From: Candidatus Nanosynbacter lyticus | GTDB lineage: Bacteria > Patescibacteriota > Saccharimonadia > Saccharimonadales > Saccharimonadaceae | Assembly: GCF_030253515.1 (NCBI RefSeq) | Contig: NZ_CP124549.1 | Span: 330,001-362,000, forward strand | Reading direction: 5' to 3' | Length of the DNA: 32,000 bases | Part shown: one piece after another, positions 8,268 through 15,826 of the stretch | Position numbering within the stretch: the stretch's first letter is position 1 | Layout of the letters: every line of letters starts with the position of its first letter | Program-made: the position numbers and the translations under genes | Notes under the pieces: model-generated | Told to the model about the DNA's origin: nothing | Databases searched by the model: none | What the model saw: only the letters and a program-made list of their open reading frames with translations

Positions 8268-9704
8268 TTATTCTTTGGCGCCGAATAATCGCTCAAGCAG
8301 TGTTGGCGATGGCTTACCCGGGATAGCGGCGGATCGAGTGGTGACTGGCTCGGTCGATTTGGTAGCACCAGATGGGTCGGGGCTGATTTGCTCGGCAAAG
8401 ACCAGCAGGCGTTTTTCGGCGGTGCCAAGCGGTACACAGCTGATCAAAGTGAGCATCGGCTTATCGGTTTGAATTTGGATACGGCTGACCTCGTTTGGCA
8501 GGACGACTTCTTTTTTGGTGACGGCGTAGGTGTAGCGCTTGCCCTGGTAGTGCATGTAGATGATGTCGTCTTTGACGAGCTTTTCGTTTTGGGCAAAGAC
8601 AAACTTATAGTCACCGGCAGCGAAGGCATCGTTAGAAGAGTGCGCCGAGAAGACGGCATTACCAACTTGGCCAGGCACAGCGTTAGCGCCAGCGATCGCG
8701 AAGTGAGCAGCGCCCTTCTCCATTGCTTTCATTTGAGCGTTATGGTCGGCTGCGTTAACGCCATAAATGACCGGTACATCAACGTTGAGCTTGGGGATGA
8801 TCAGCCGTGGGTCGGGGCCGACAGCGGCGTTGCTGGCTGGATTGACGATGATGTTTTGTGGATCAACATTGCCCGGGGTGGTGTAGGCAGCGGCGATACC
8901 GAACAGAACGCGGTTGTACTGCAAAAAGACGAACGCTAGCAGCACCAGTACGCCCGCTAGTGCCGGGATGAAGTGGCGTGATTTGGTGACTTTTTTGGCC
9001 TTGTCGCGGACGGTCTGCTGGATCTGGGCACGGAGGCGCTTGATGGGGCTTTGGGCGGACAACATATCGGTCATGGCCGGCGCGGCGGCGGTGTTGGCGT
9101 CGCGAGCAGACTTGACCAGCCGGTCAAATTCCTGTTGCTTTTGATCAAGGTGCGAGGCATAATAGCGCTCGTAGTACATCTGGTAATATTTTTGCCACGA
9201 GCTGTGGTACTGCTTCCACTGATCGGCGGTGATTTGCGGCTGATGAGTGGGAGTTTTTGCCGGGGCGGTCGGTTGCGGCTGTGTGGTTGGTGGCGCGGCG
9301 GTGGGCTTGTCCGTTGACTTGTTCGCTGGTTGGGGCTGGGGTGACTCGGTGATGTGAGCGGGATGAGCGGGAGATAACGCTGCAATCGGCTGGGTCGGTT
9401 GTGCTGCCGGTGGCGCGGTGTTCAGGGCGTGCGGGCTTGGCGTGCGCGGTGGCGGCGTGACAGTGGTGCGCTCGGTCGGTTCTGGATGTGGCTGCTCTAT
9501 AGGGCGCGGTTGAACCACCGGTGTGGTGTGTGGCGTTGATTCGGTGCCGCGACCGCCGTAAATAGCATTGATTTGATCACGAATAACATTGGCGGCAGCA
9601 GCTTGCGAGCCGGAATAATCACGTGGCGGCGGCGTCAGTGGACGAGGTTGACTCGAGATTGGCGCTCCCACTCGCCTGCCAAACTGATCGTCATGTGGAT
9701 TCAT
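8268..9704 (-). CDS. Sortase-family transpeptidase with a long Pro/Thr/Gln-rich cytoplasmic N-terminus
   Basis: C-terminal catalytic domain with His (VFSAHSS), the TLxTC-type motif (MLTLISCVP) and a downstream Arg (EKRLLVFA). There is a TM helix before the domain. I prefer the ATG at 9704 over the GTG at 9707. Confidence 0.8.
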   Translation of the reverse strand: MNPHDDQFGRRVGAPISSQPRPLTPPPRDYSGSQAAAANVIRDQINAIYGGRGTESTPHTTPVVQPRPIEQPHPEPTERTTVTPPPRTPSPHALNTAPPAAQPTQPIAALSPAHPAHITESPQPQPANKSTDKPTAAPPTTQPQPTAPAKTPTHQPQITADQWKQYHSSWQKYYQMYYERYYASHLDQKQQEFDRLVKSARDANTAAAPAMTDMLSAQSPIKRLRAQIQQTVRDKAKKVTKSRHFIPALAGVLVLLAFVFLQYNRVLFGIAAAYTTPGNVDPQNIIVNPASNAAVGPDPRLIIPKLNVDVPVIYGVNAADHNAQMKAMEKGAAHFAIAGANAVPGQVGNAVFSAHSSNDAFAAGDYKFVFAQNEKLVKDDIIYMHYQGKRYTYAVTKKEVVLPNEVSRIQIQTDKPMLTLISCVPLGTAEKRLLVFAEQISPDPSGATKSTEPVTTRSAAIPGKPSPTLLERLFGAKE

Positions 9705-9718
9705 CACCTCTTATTATA
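9705..9718 (-). promoter_or_regulatory. TATAAT box 8 nt before the sortase ATG (the spacer AAGAGGTG could instead be an SD)
   Basis: The minus strand reads cgTATAATaagaggtgATG. Confidence 0.4.
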
Positions 9719-9753
9719 CGGGAAAACGCCAGAAAGATAAAGTATTCGGGCTC

Positions 9754-9783
9754 TTGCTGATGTGGTAGCGGCCGTGGTATAAT
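9754..9783 (+). promoter_or_regulatory. Promoter of tRNA-Leu (TTGCTG, 18-nt spacer ending in TGg, TATAAT)
   Basis: -35-like TTGCTG at 9754-9759 and extended -10 TGGTATAAT at 9775-9783. The tRNA starts at 9815. Confidence 0.55.
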
Positions 9784-9814
9784 TACCCTCAGATGACTTG
9801 GGGCGTTCTCTCGT

Positions 9815-9901
9815 GCCGCGGTGGCGGAATTGGTAGACGCGCTAGACTCAAAATCTGGTGAGCAATCGCTCGTGCCGGTTCAAGTCCGGCCCGCGGTACC
9901 A
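9815..9901 (+). tRNA. tRNA-Leu (anticodon CAA), long variable arm, CCA encoded
   Basis: GCCGCGG TG GCGGAATTGGTAGACGC ... CTAGA CTCAAAA TCTGG, a variable arm, then GCCGG TTCAAGT CCGGC CCGCGGT A CCA. The D-arm is nearly identical to E. coli tRNA-Leu. Confidence 0.88.
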
Positions 9902-9927
9902 GAGGTCGCCTCAGTTTGTTTAATTTT

Positions 9928-9956
9928 ATTCCCGTTTTTGTAGCGGGAATTTTATT
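9928..9956. terminator. Rho-independent terminator, potentially bidirectional (serving tRNA-Leu and the convergent 2H gene)
   Basis: ATTCCCG / CGGGAAT stem with a 9-nt loop, T-run (TTTATT) downstream and A/T-run upstream. Confidence 0.5.
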
Positions 9957-9984
9957 GATGGCAATACCTTACGAGAAGCTAATG

Positions 9985-10644
9985 TTAAGAATGAGAATGA
10001 TGCCCGCACCCTTTCTTCTCTGGCTTTTGTTTTAGTGGCGGCAGAAGCATACAGTCAGCAACCTGTAGATCGAGAAAATGACCCTCATTACTAAAATCAA
10101 ACTCGATGAGGGACTGTTCGTTAAATTCTCTCCCCGAGAGGTTGTTCTGCGTGATACCGCCAACGATGATGGTTGGGTCTGTCGGTAGCATATTTTCTGT
10201 CCAGCGAATCACATGTCGTCTACTAATCCCCCTGGGAATCTTGGCAATGGTGACGTGTGGCTTGAATTTTTTATGGTGAGGAGTGGTAGCCCCTGCTTCT
10301 ATAAATGCTTGCTTGATACGTCGTCTTTCTTCCCGCGGTAAAGTTTGGCTGAGGTCGTTGAATACCAGAGTGAGTGCACACTCTCCTAACATACGAGCAC
10401 CAACTACGTTGAGCTCAAGTCTCTTTTGTGATTGTTCTGGTAGGTGGACGCGCAGTCTAGATGGATGTAGGACCTTTGGGTATTCTCGGGCGCCTAGGAT
10501 AGTGAGATGACGCTCCTCGGGCTGCGTTGGTTTTATGGGGTTGTCACTCAGTCTACTAAATCGTTCCTGTATCTCTTGAGCAAAATCTGGATCTGACAGA
10601 GGAAATTCAGCCACAGGATGGTAAATCAGGCATTTTCGTGACAT
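9985..10644 (-). CDS. 2H phosphoesterase superfamily protein (LigT/ThpR-like RNA 2',3'-cyclic phosphodiesterase fold) with a His-rich C-terminal tail
   Basis: Two HxT/S motifs at the expected spacing (RHLTILG and PHVTIAK). Tail is KKGCGHHSHS. GC is low (about 43% on one line). I chose the ATG at 10644; the 10683 ORF start is a TTG lying inside the promoter. Confidence 0.6.
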   Translation of the reverse strand: MSRKCLIYHPVAEFPLSDPDFAQEIQERFSRLSDNPIKPTQPEERHLTILGAREYPKVLHPSRLRVHLPEQSQKRLELNVVGARMLGECALTLVFNDLSQTLPREERRRIKQAFIEAGATTPHHKKFKPHVTIAKIPRGISRRHVIRWTENMLPTDPTIIVGGITQNNLSGREFNEQSLIEFDFSNEGHFLDLQVADCMLLPPLKQKPEKKGCGHHSHS

Positions 10645-10683
10645 AGCTATCCTTGTTATACCGCGCAGTTTATAAATCGTCAA
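10645..10683 (-). promoter_or_regulatory. Promoter TTGACG-N17-TATAAC with a 10-nt leader containing AAGGA
   Basis: The minus strand reads cTTGACGatttataaactgcgcggTATAACaaggatagctATG. Confidence 0.5.
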
Positions 10684-10706
10684 GAGCTGGTGGAAACCGC
10701 CCTGGT

Positions 10707-11498
10707 TTATACGCTAGCGGCCATGCTGGTGCTGATGGCTGCCAACGGTGCCTCCGGCGACCACAAGAGGTAGCTGGCGGCGCGCGCGGCGGTTTGTCCG
10801 CGCCAAAGCTGCATCGGCTCGGTCCAGGCTTGGGTGACGACTTCTCCGCCCCGTGCGATGACTAATTGATCGGCATGAAAAACTACTAATGTGACCGGAT
10901 AGGTGATGGTGAATTTATGCAGCGCCTCGACGAACTGCGCCAGCTGCATGCTAAATGTCAGGATTTTTGGATAGTAGACGCTGCGAAAGAGTTTCTGTAC
11001 TTGGGCGAACGAGGCGACAAAGACGACGTGGGGATTGTCGAGGATGGCGGGAAAGCTGTTTTGCACCAGGTCGATGGCGTCGCGGCTCAGTACAACCGGC
11101 CGGTGGTACTGGCGCACAAATTGCTCGTACAGCGCGGCCGTTTCGCTATTTTTGCCGGCGTCACCGATCAGTAGCATGACGTTAGCCCACTCGCCGAGTG
11201 CGGCCAATTCGCCTGCCGCCGCGCCGCTGAGGCCGCCGGACGGATTAGTGGGCGCAAATAGGACGTCGGTCATCACTGTTGGCACGGTGCGACGCAGTAT
11301 GTCGGGTAGCAAGACTCGCACTTCGCCTGCCCCGGCGTCACGTGCTGCCTGGTAGCTGGTCGCCACTGCCGCAAACCCAAGCTTGTTACCGCCAACAATC
11401 CCCAGCCGCCCGGCTTGGTCGCGGCGCTCTGGCCGATTCCATTCGACGTCAGGAAACAGCGGCTTAGATTTTTCCTGCTTGCGCCAAAAGGTATCCAC
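10707..11498 (-). CDS. YjeF C-terminal (NAD(P)HX dehydratase / ribokinase-like fold) homologue with substituted catalytic motifs
   Basis: Block order matches the remembered YjeF_C consensus (GRLGIVGGNKLGFAAVATSYQAARDAGAG; MLLIGDAGKN; PVVLSRDAIDL; VVFVASF; LVVFHADQLVIARGG). The GSGD/KG/TPH-type residues are replaced. I chose the in-frame GTG at 11498, preceded by GAGAAAGG; the start is uncertain. Confidence 0.45.
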   Translation of the reverse strand: MDTFWRKQEKSKPLFPDVEWNRPERRDQAGRLGIVGGNKLGFAAVATSYQAARDAGAGEVRVLLPDILRRTVPTVMTDVLFAPTNPSGGLSGAAAGELAALGEWANVMLLIGDAGKNSETAALYEQFVRQYHRPVVLSRDAIDLVQNSFPAILDNPHVVFVASFAQVQKLFRSVYYPKILTFSMQLAQFVEALHKFTITYPVTLVVFHADQLVIARGGEVVTQAWTEPMQLWRGQTAARAASYLLWSPEAPLAAISTSMAASV

Positions 11499-12198
11499 GT
11501 TCGCCTTTCTCGAGTTCAAATACCACGCTTTTCCGTTCCAGGACAATTGGCCAGCTGTTGGTTTTGGCAATTTCAAGCAGCTTTTCGGTAGGATTAAAGA
11601 CGACGGGATGTTCAACCATCGCCAGGAGGTGCCGGTCGCCCTCGCTGTCGCCAAAGGCATAACTGCCAGCAAGCGTTAGCCCGTGCTTATCGATGATTCT
11701 TTGGAGGATTTTATCTTTATTGGTATACGTTTTGGTAATGATTGTACCGGTAAAGGTATCGCCCTGCCGTTCATACACCTGGGCCGCCCAGGCATCAAAG
11801 CCGTATTTTTTAGCGAATGGCTCGACTATCTCTTGCTGCGAGCCAGAGATAGCGATCAGGAAGTAGCCCGCTTGCTTTAGCTCGCGCAGACGATGTCGCG
11901 TGTAGGTGTAGACGTGGTCGAGCTCCCTCTCGGCGATGCTGCTCGCGACCTCGTCAAACACCGCGGTTGGGATGTCGGCGAGTGAGCTGGCAATAGCGTT
12001 GACTAAACTCAGTTCGTACTCGTCATAGGCATTTTTTGACTCGCGCCGTTTCCAGCTGAGTAATTTTTGCTGAATGATCGAGGCGTGGAGTTCGGGAATG
12101 ACACCGGCATCAATCAGCCCGAGCATCAATTGCCGGTACAGCCCGCCGCGAATGAGCGTGCCGTCGATGTCAAAAACTGCGAATTTCTGCTGCTTCAT
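11464..12198 (-). CDS. HAD-superfamily hydrolase, subfamily IB (SerB-like phosphatase)
   Basis: Motif I FDIDGTL, motif II ISGS, motif III/IV K...GDSEGD. Confidence 0.85.
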   Translation of the reverse strand: MKQQKFAVFDIDGTLIRGGLYRQLMLGLIDAGVIPELHASIIQQKLLSWKRRESKNAYDEYELSLVNAIASSLADIPTAVFDEVASSIAERELDHVYTYTRHRLRELKQAGYFLIAISGSQQEIVEPFAKKYGFDAWAAQVYERQGDTFTGTIITKTYTNKDKILQRIIDKHGLTLAGSYAFGDSEGDRHLLAMVEHPVVFNPTEKLLEIAKTNSWPIVLERKSVVFELEKGERGYLLAQAGKI

Positions 12199-12233
12199 CG
12201 CTTGATTATCTCGTATTTTTAGTTTTCTCGCAA
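12199..12233 (-). promoter_or_regulatory. Promoter TTGCGA-N17-GATAAT placed 6 nt before the ATG
   Basis: The minus strand reads aTTGCGAgaaaactaaaaatacgaGATAATcaagcgATG. Confidence 0.5.
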
Positions 12234-12245
12234 TAGCTTACTGCA

Positions 12246-13064
12246 TCATGAGGTAGACGACTTAGCAATTGATAATTCATCGCGTAATTTGACCATGTTT
12301 TGGTACACTTCGTCAAAGGTCAGCCCCGATTCGTGGATGAGGCTGGCTAGGTCTTTTCCGACGTAGCGGAAGTGCCAAGCTTCGCTCGCGATACCGGTGA
12401 TCTTTTCTTTTCCTTTTGGATAGCGCAGAATAAAGCCGTATTCGTGGGCATGAGCGGCCAGCCAGCTGGCGGTTTTTGGATCAAGCGCGCAGTCGCTAAA
12501 GCGGGCCTTGCATTTCTCAGAAAAGCTGGTCAAGTCAACCGCTAGGCCGAGCTGGTGTTCGCTGTGGCCGGGTTTGGCGACGTATTCATCGGTGTGGGCG
12601 GCGCCGTTTTTGGCGGTGGTTTCAGTGCGGACTTTGGCTTGGGCGGTGCCGGAGCGGTAGGCGCTAGAGACGAGGACCGGTAGCTTGGCCTCAGCCGCGG
12701 CTTGGCGCAGTTGCTCGAGTGGCTCTTTGACCATCGGCTGCACGTGCTTATCCTCTATCCAGCTCGGCGTACCATCAGCAATATCAGTCAGCGGCGGCTC
12801 AAAGGCTGGGTCGATGCCCTGCTTGCCCGAAACGTACGACCAGATTTTCCCAGTTTGTAAATATTTCCACGACGGAAAGGTCAAGTCGCGATTGGTCCGG
12901 TCGAGACGGATGGTGATCGGCTGGAAATTATACAGCGGCGAATGAGCGACCGACTCTGAGGTTCGATTGACGAGCTGCGTGCCGCCATTGATCATCAGTA
13001 GTGTCAGTGTCGTCCAGGCTGCCAAAACCATGGCCACGACTGCGCGCCCCACCCCGTGCTTCAT
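12246..13064 (-). CDS. D-alanyl-D-alanine carboxypeptidase, VanY / peptidase M15B family (paralogue 1)
   Basis: SAYRS, PGHSEHQLGLAVDL and EAWHFRYVG zinc-binding motifs, plus an N-terminal TM anchor. Confidence 0.85.
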   Translation of the reverse strand: MKHGVGRAVVAMVLAAWTTLTLLMINGGTQLVNRTSESVAHSPLYNFQPITIRLDRTNRDLTFPSWKYLQTGKIWSYVSGKQGIDPAFEPPLTDIADGTPSWIEDKHVQPMVKEPLEQLRQAAAEAKLPVLVSSAYRSGTAQAKVRTETTAKNGAAHTDEYVAKPGHSEHQLGLAVDLTSFSEKCKARFSDCALDPKTASWLAAHAHEYGFILRYPKGKEKITGIASEAWHFRYVGKDLASLIHESGLTFDEVYQNMVKLRDELSIAKSSTS

Positions 13065-13946
13065 TTATTGTGTCCCTCGCTGTTTGAGTTTGGTCATTGC
13101 CTCTTCAATATACGACCAAGCCTCCTCCATCGTCAAGCCCGATTGATGTAGAGCGCCCGCTAGTTCCCGCCCAACGTAGCGAAAATGCCACGGCTCGTAC
13201 TGATAGCCGGTTATTTTTTCCTTACCCTTCGGGTAGCGCAGAATAAAACCGTATTCGTGGGCGTGGGCGGCGAGCCACTTGCTGGCAGTGGTTTGCTCAA
13301 AACAGTCCTCCACCCAACAAGCTCGATCGATGCCACCAAAGTCAACGGCCAAGCCCGATTGGTGTTCGCTATGACCGGGGCGTGAACTAAACCGGTTGGC
13401 CTTAGCTTCGCCGTGCTGACGAACGTTGCTAGCAAAAAGTGAAGCCTGAGTAGCATAGCTGCGATAGCCTGATCCGACGTAGATGGTGACACCGGCATTA
13501 CGAGCAGCGGCGATTAATTTCTCGAGATCAGGCATGAGCACGGCGCGGAGCGAGCGCTCATCTTGGCCGCGGCCGGGTAGTGTCGGCGCACTGACGAGGC
13601 GGAGGTCGCTGGGCTGGTAACGAGGATTGGCGAAGCTCTGAGATTTATTGACGATTCTCCAGAGGTCGGCGTCATCGGCGCTGTTGACAATGCGGGCGGG
13701 AATCGGCGTAGCGTTTGGTAGAGCGATGGTCGGTACGGCTGGTGCTGGAGGTTTCTGGCTGTCGGGGGTCTTTGTCTTGGGTGTTGGCGCGGGCTGCTCT
13801 TTGCTGATGGGTTGCTGGGTGGTGTGTGGCGGGTTGAGATGACGGAGGGTGAAATAAGTCGCTACAGCGCTGCTGGTGATGATCAGCACAGCACCAAGGC
13901 CAGGGAGTAGATTATTACGTTTTCCTGAGCGCTTGGTGATTTTCAT
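13065..13946 (-). CDS. D-alanyl-D-alanine carboxypeptidase, VanY / peptidase M15B family (paralogue 2)
   Basis: SGYRSYATQ, PGHSEHQSGLAVDF and EPWHFRYVG motifs. It shares an identical 22-aa block (AAHAHEYGFILRYPKGKEKITG) with paralogue 1. Its TAA stop abuts the next ATG. Confidence 0.85.
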   Translation of the reverse strand: MKITKRSGKRNNLLPGLGAVLIITSSAVATYFTLRHLNPPHTTQQPISKEQPAPTPKTKTPDSQKPPAPAVPTIALPNATPIPARIVNSADDADLWRIVNKSQSFANPRYQPSDLRLVSAPTLPGRGQDERSLRAVLMPDLEKLIAAARNAGVTIYVGSGYRSYATQASLFASNVRQHGEAKANRFSSRPGHSEHQSGLAVDFGGIDRACWVEDCFEQTTASKWLAAHAHEYGFILRYPKGKEKITGYQYEPWHFRYVGRELAGALHQSGLTMEEAWSYIEEAMTKLKQRGTQ

Positions 13947-14743
13947 GCCTCAACCTCAATGCTCACCGGGCAGTGGTCGCTGCCCATTTGTTCGGCGTGA
14001 ATCTCAGGATTTTTGACACGCCCAGCGATTTCGCGCGATGCCAGCCAATAGTCGATCCGCCAGCCGACATTACGCGCCCGGGCGTTGGCCCAGTGCGTCC
14101 ACCAGGTGTAAGCGTCGGTTTTTTCAGGGAAAGCCGCCCGGAAGGTATCGACAAATCCAGCGTCTAGGTAGTTCTGAAAGCCTTCTCGCTCCTCATCGGT
14201 AAAACCATGCTTGCCGACATTAGGCTTTGGATTTGCCAGGTCAATTTCTTTATGCGCTACGTTCATGTCGCCGCAGTATAGTACTGGCTTGACTAGCTCC
14301 AATTCCTCCAGATAGGCCAGCACTGCCGGATCCCATTGCTCATGGCGTAAATTCAACCGACTTAAATCCCCCTTTGAATTTGGCGTATAACACGTCACCA
14401 CCCAGAAATCGTCGAACTCGGCAGTGATGATGCGCCCCTCGTCTGCCGGATTGCCGTATTGATCGCCGGTCAAATTAAACCGCTCGATGATAGCCGGCGG
14501 CAACCCATCGCGCCAGTGCAGCGGCCGGATTTTCGACAAAATCGCCGTGCCGGAATAACCTTTTTTGGCGGCTGAATAGAAATGTTCGTGATACTCTGGC
14601 AGATTAATTTCTACCTGGTCGCGGGCGGCCTTGGTCTCTTGGAGGCATACAATATCCGGATCATAGGTTTGCAGGAAGCGGGCAAACTCGCCCTTGTTGA
14701 TGACAGCGCGGATACCATTGACGTTCCAGGAAAATAATCGCAT
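13943..14743 (-). CDS. xth: Exodeoxyribonuclease III (AP endonuclease)
   Basis: MRLFSWNVNGIRA, DIVCLQETK, and SDHCPV at the C-terminus. An ATGA overlap links it to the downstream VanY gene. I prefer the ATG at 14743 because the TTG at 14758 lies inside the -10 box. Confidence 0.9.
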   Translation of the reverse strand: MRLFSWNVNGIRAVINKGEFARFLQTYDPDIVCLQETKAARDQVEINLPEYHEHFYSAAKKGYSGTAILSKIRPLHWRDGLPPAIIERFNLTGDQYGNPADEGRIITAEFDDFWVVTCYTPNSKGDLSRLNLRHEQWDPAVLAYLEELELVKPVLYCGDMNVAHKEIDLANPKPNVGKHGFTDEEREGFQNYLDAGFVDTFRAAFPEKTDAYTWWTHWANARARNVGWRIDYWLASREIAGRVKNPEIHAEQMGSDHCPVSIEVEA

Positions 14744-14755
14744 TCTTGTATTATA
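14744..14755 (-). promoter_or_regulatory. TATAAT box placed 6 nt before the xth ATG
   Basis: The minus strand reads ttgTATAATacaagaATG. It is divergent from the GT promoter 14 nt away. Confidence 0.5.
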
Positions 14756-14768
14756 CAACGAATTATCA

Positions 14769-14785
14769 TGGTATAATTGCTAAAT
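14769..14785 (+). promoter_or_regulatory. Extended -10 TGGTATAAT placed 8 nt before the ATG
   Basis: Sequence reads caTGGTATAATtgctaaatATG. Confidence 0.55.
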
Positions 14786-15826
14786 ATGACTAAAAAGACA
14801 TCCCGAATCGTGGTCAATATGATTTCGGAAAGTGAGTTTACGGTCCAAGGACATGGTGTACATACAGCTTATAAGGAGATTACTGGTGCCTTGGAAAAAC
14901 AGCCTGCTATTGATATTGCCATTAACACTAATCGATCGGCAGATATAGTTCATGTCCAGACAGTGGGTATGTATGCATTGGGACGGTTACTGCGCAAAAA
15001 CGGTAAAAAAATTGTTTCAGCACACTTGGTACCAGATAGCTTCATTGGATCATTGAGGGCGGCCAAATACTGGAAGCCAGTTGGTAAATTGTGGCTAAAG
15101 TTCTTCTACAGCCGGGCCGACCTTGTGTTGGCCTGTTCCAAGATGGTACATGATGAGCTGGTTCATGACATGAAATTGTCTAACGTCAAGGTGTTATACA
15201 ATACAGTTGACATGGCGCGATATCGGGTTACTGCTGATGATCGCCGTGTTGCACGTCAAGCGTTACATCTGACAGGACGTGATTTCGTCGTCATCGGTAA
15301 TGGCCAAGTGCAGCCTCGCAAACGACTTGATACCTTTATATCAATCGCTCGTGCAATGCCGGATGTTACGTTTTATTGGATTGGTGGTATTCCATTTAAA
15401 CATCTTGGGGCTAAATACGAGTCAATGCAAAAACTTATTAATTCAGTTCCTCCTAACCTTACGGTAACCGGTGTTATACCGCTCGAAGATGTGCGCCAGT
15501 ATTATATGGCAGCTGATGTGTTTGTATTGCCGGCTACTCAGGAAAATCATCCTGTGTGTGTACTGGAGGCAGCTGGTGCTGGATTGCCGATAGTATTGCG
15601 TGATATTCCGCAGTATGACGATACATTTCGTGGCTCGGCAGTTATGGCGGGTACTGATGAGCAATTTATTCAATTAGTGACCCGTCTCAGAACAGATGCG
15701 TCTTTTCGCCAGTCAGCAATTCATGGTGCTAAAAAAATTGCTGAACGATTTGATAGCGGTGCTGGCGCCAAGCGCTTAGTCGCGATGTATCAAGAGTTGC
15801 TAAAAGAAGATGAGGAATGCGCGTAG
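14786..15826 (+). CDS. Glycosyltransferase family 4 (GT-B, group 1)
   Basis: C-terminal GT1 core (FVLPATQENHPVCVLEAAGAGLPIVLRD). GC is lower than in the next gene (about 43% on one line). It overlaps the downstream GT gene by 10 nt. Confidence 0.8.
   Translation: MTKKTSRIVVNMISESEFTVQGHGVHTAYKEITGALEKQPAIDIAINTNRSADIVHVQTVGMYALGRLLRKNGKKIVSAHLVPDSFIGSLRAAKYWKPVGKLWLKFFYSRADLVLACSKMVHDELVHDMKLSNVKVLYNTVDMARYRVTADDRRVARQALHLTGRDFVVIGNGQVQPRKRLDTFISIARAMPDVTFYWIGGIPFKHLGAKYESMQKLINSVPPNLTVTGVIPLEDVRQYYMAADVFVLPATQENHPVCVLEAAGAGLPIVLRDIPQYDDTFRGSAVMAGTDEQFIQLVTRLRTDASFRQSAIHGAKKIAERFDSGAGAKRLVAMYQELLKEDEECA

Noticed and set aside
8388-8939. 183-aa plus-strand ORF opposite the sortase catalytic domain
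   Set aside because: The sortase frame carries clear catalytic motifs; this ORF has none and lacks a promoter or SD.
2123-9385. Alternative-frame ORFs inside the kinase (2123-2572), DUF3048 (3292-3699), membrane-protein (6123-6515) and sortase (9071-9385) genes
   Set aside because: All are Pro/Ser/Ala/Arg-rich products typical of off-frame translation of GC-rich genes, and all are fully nested in better-supported CDSs.
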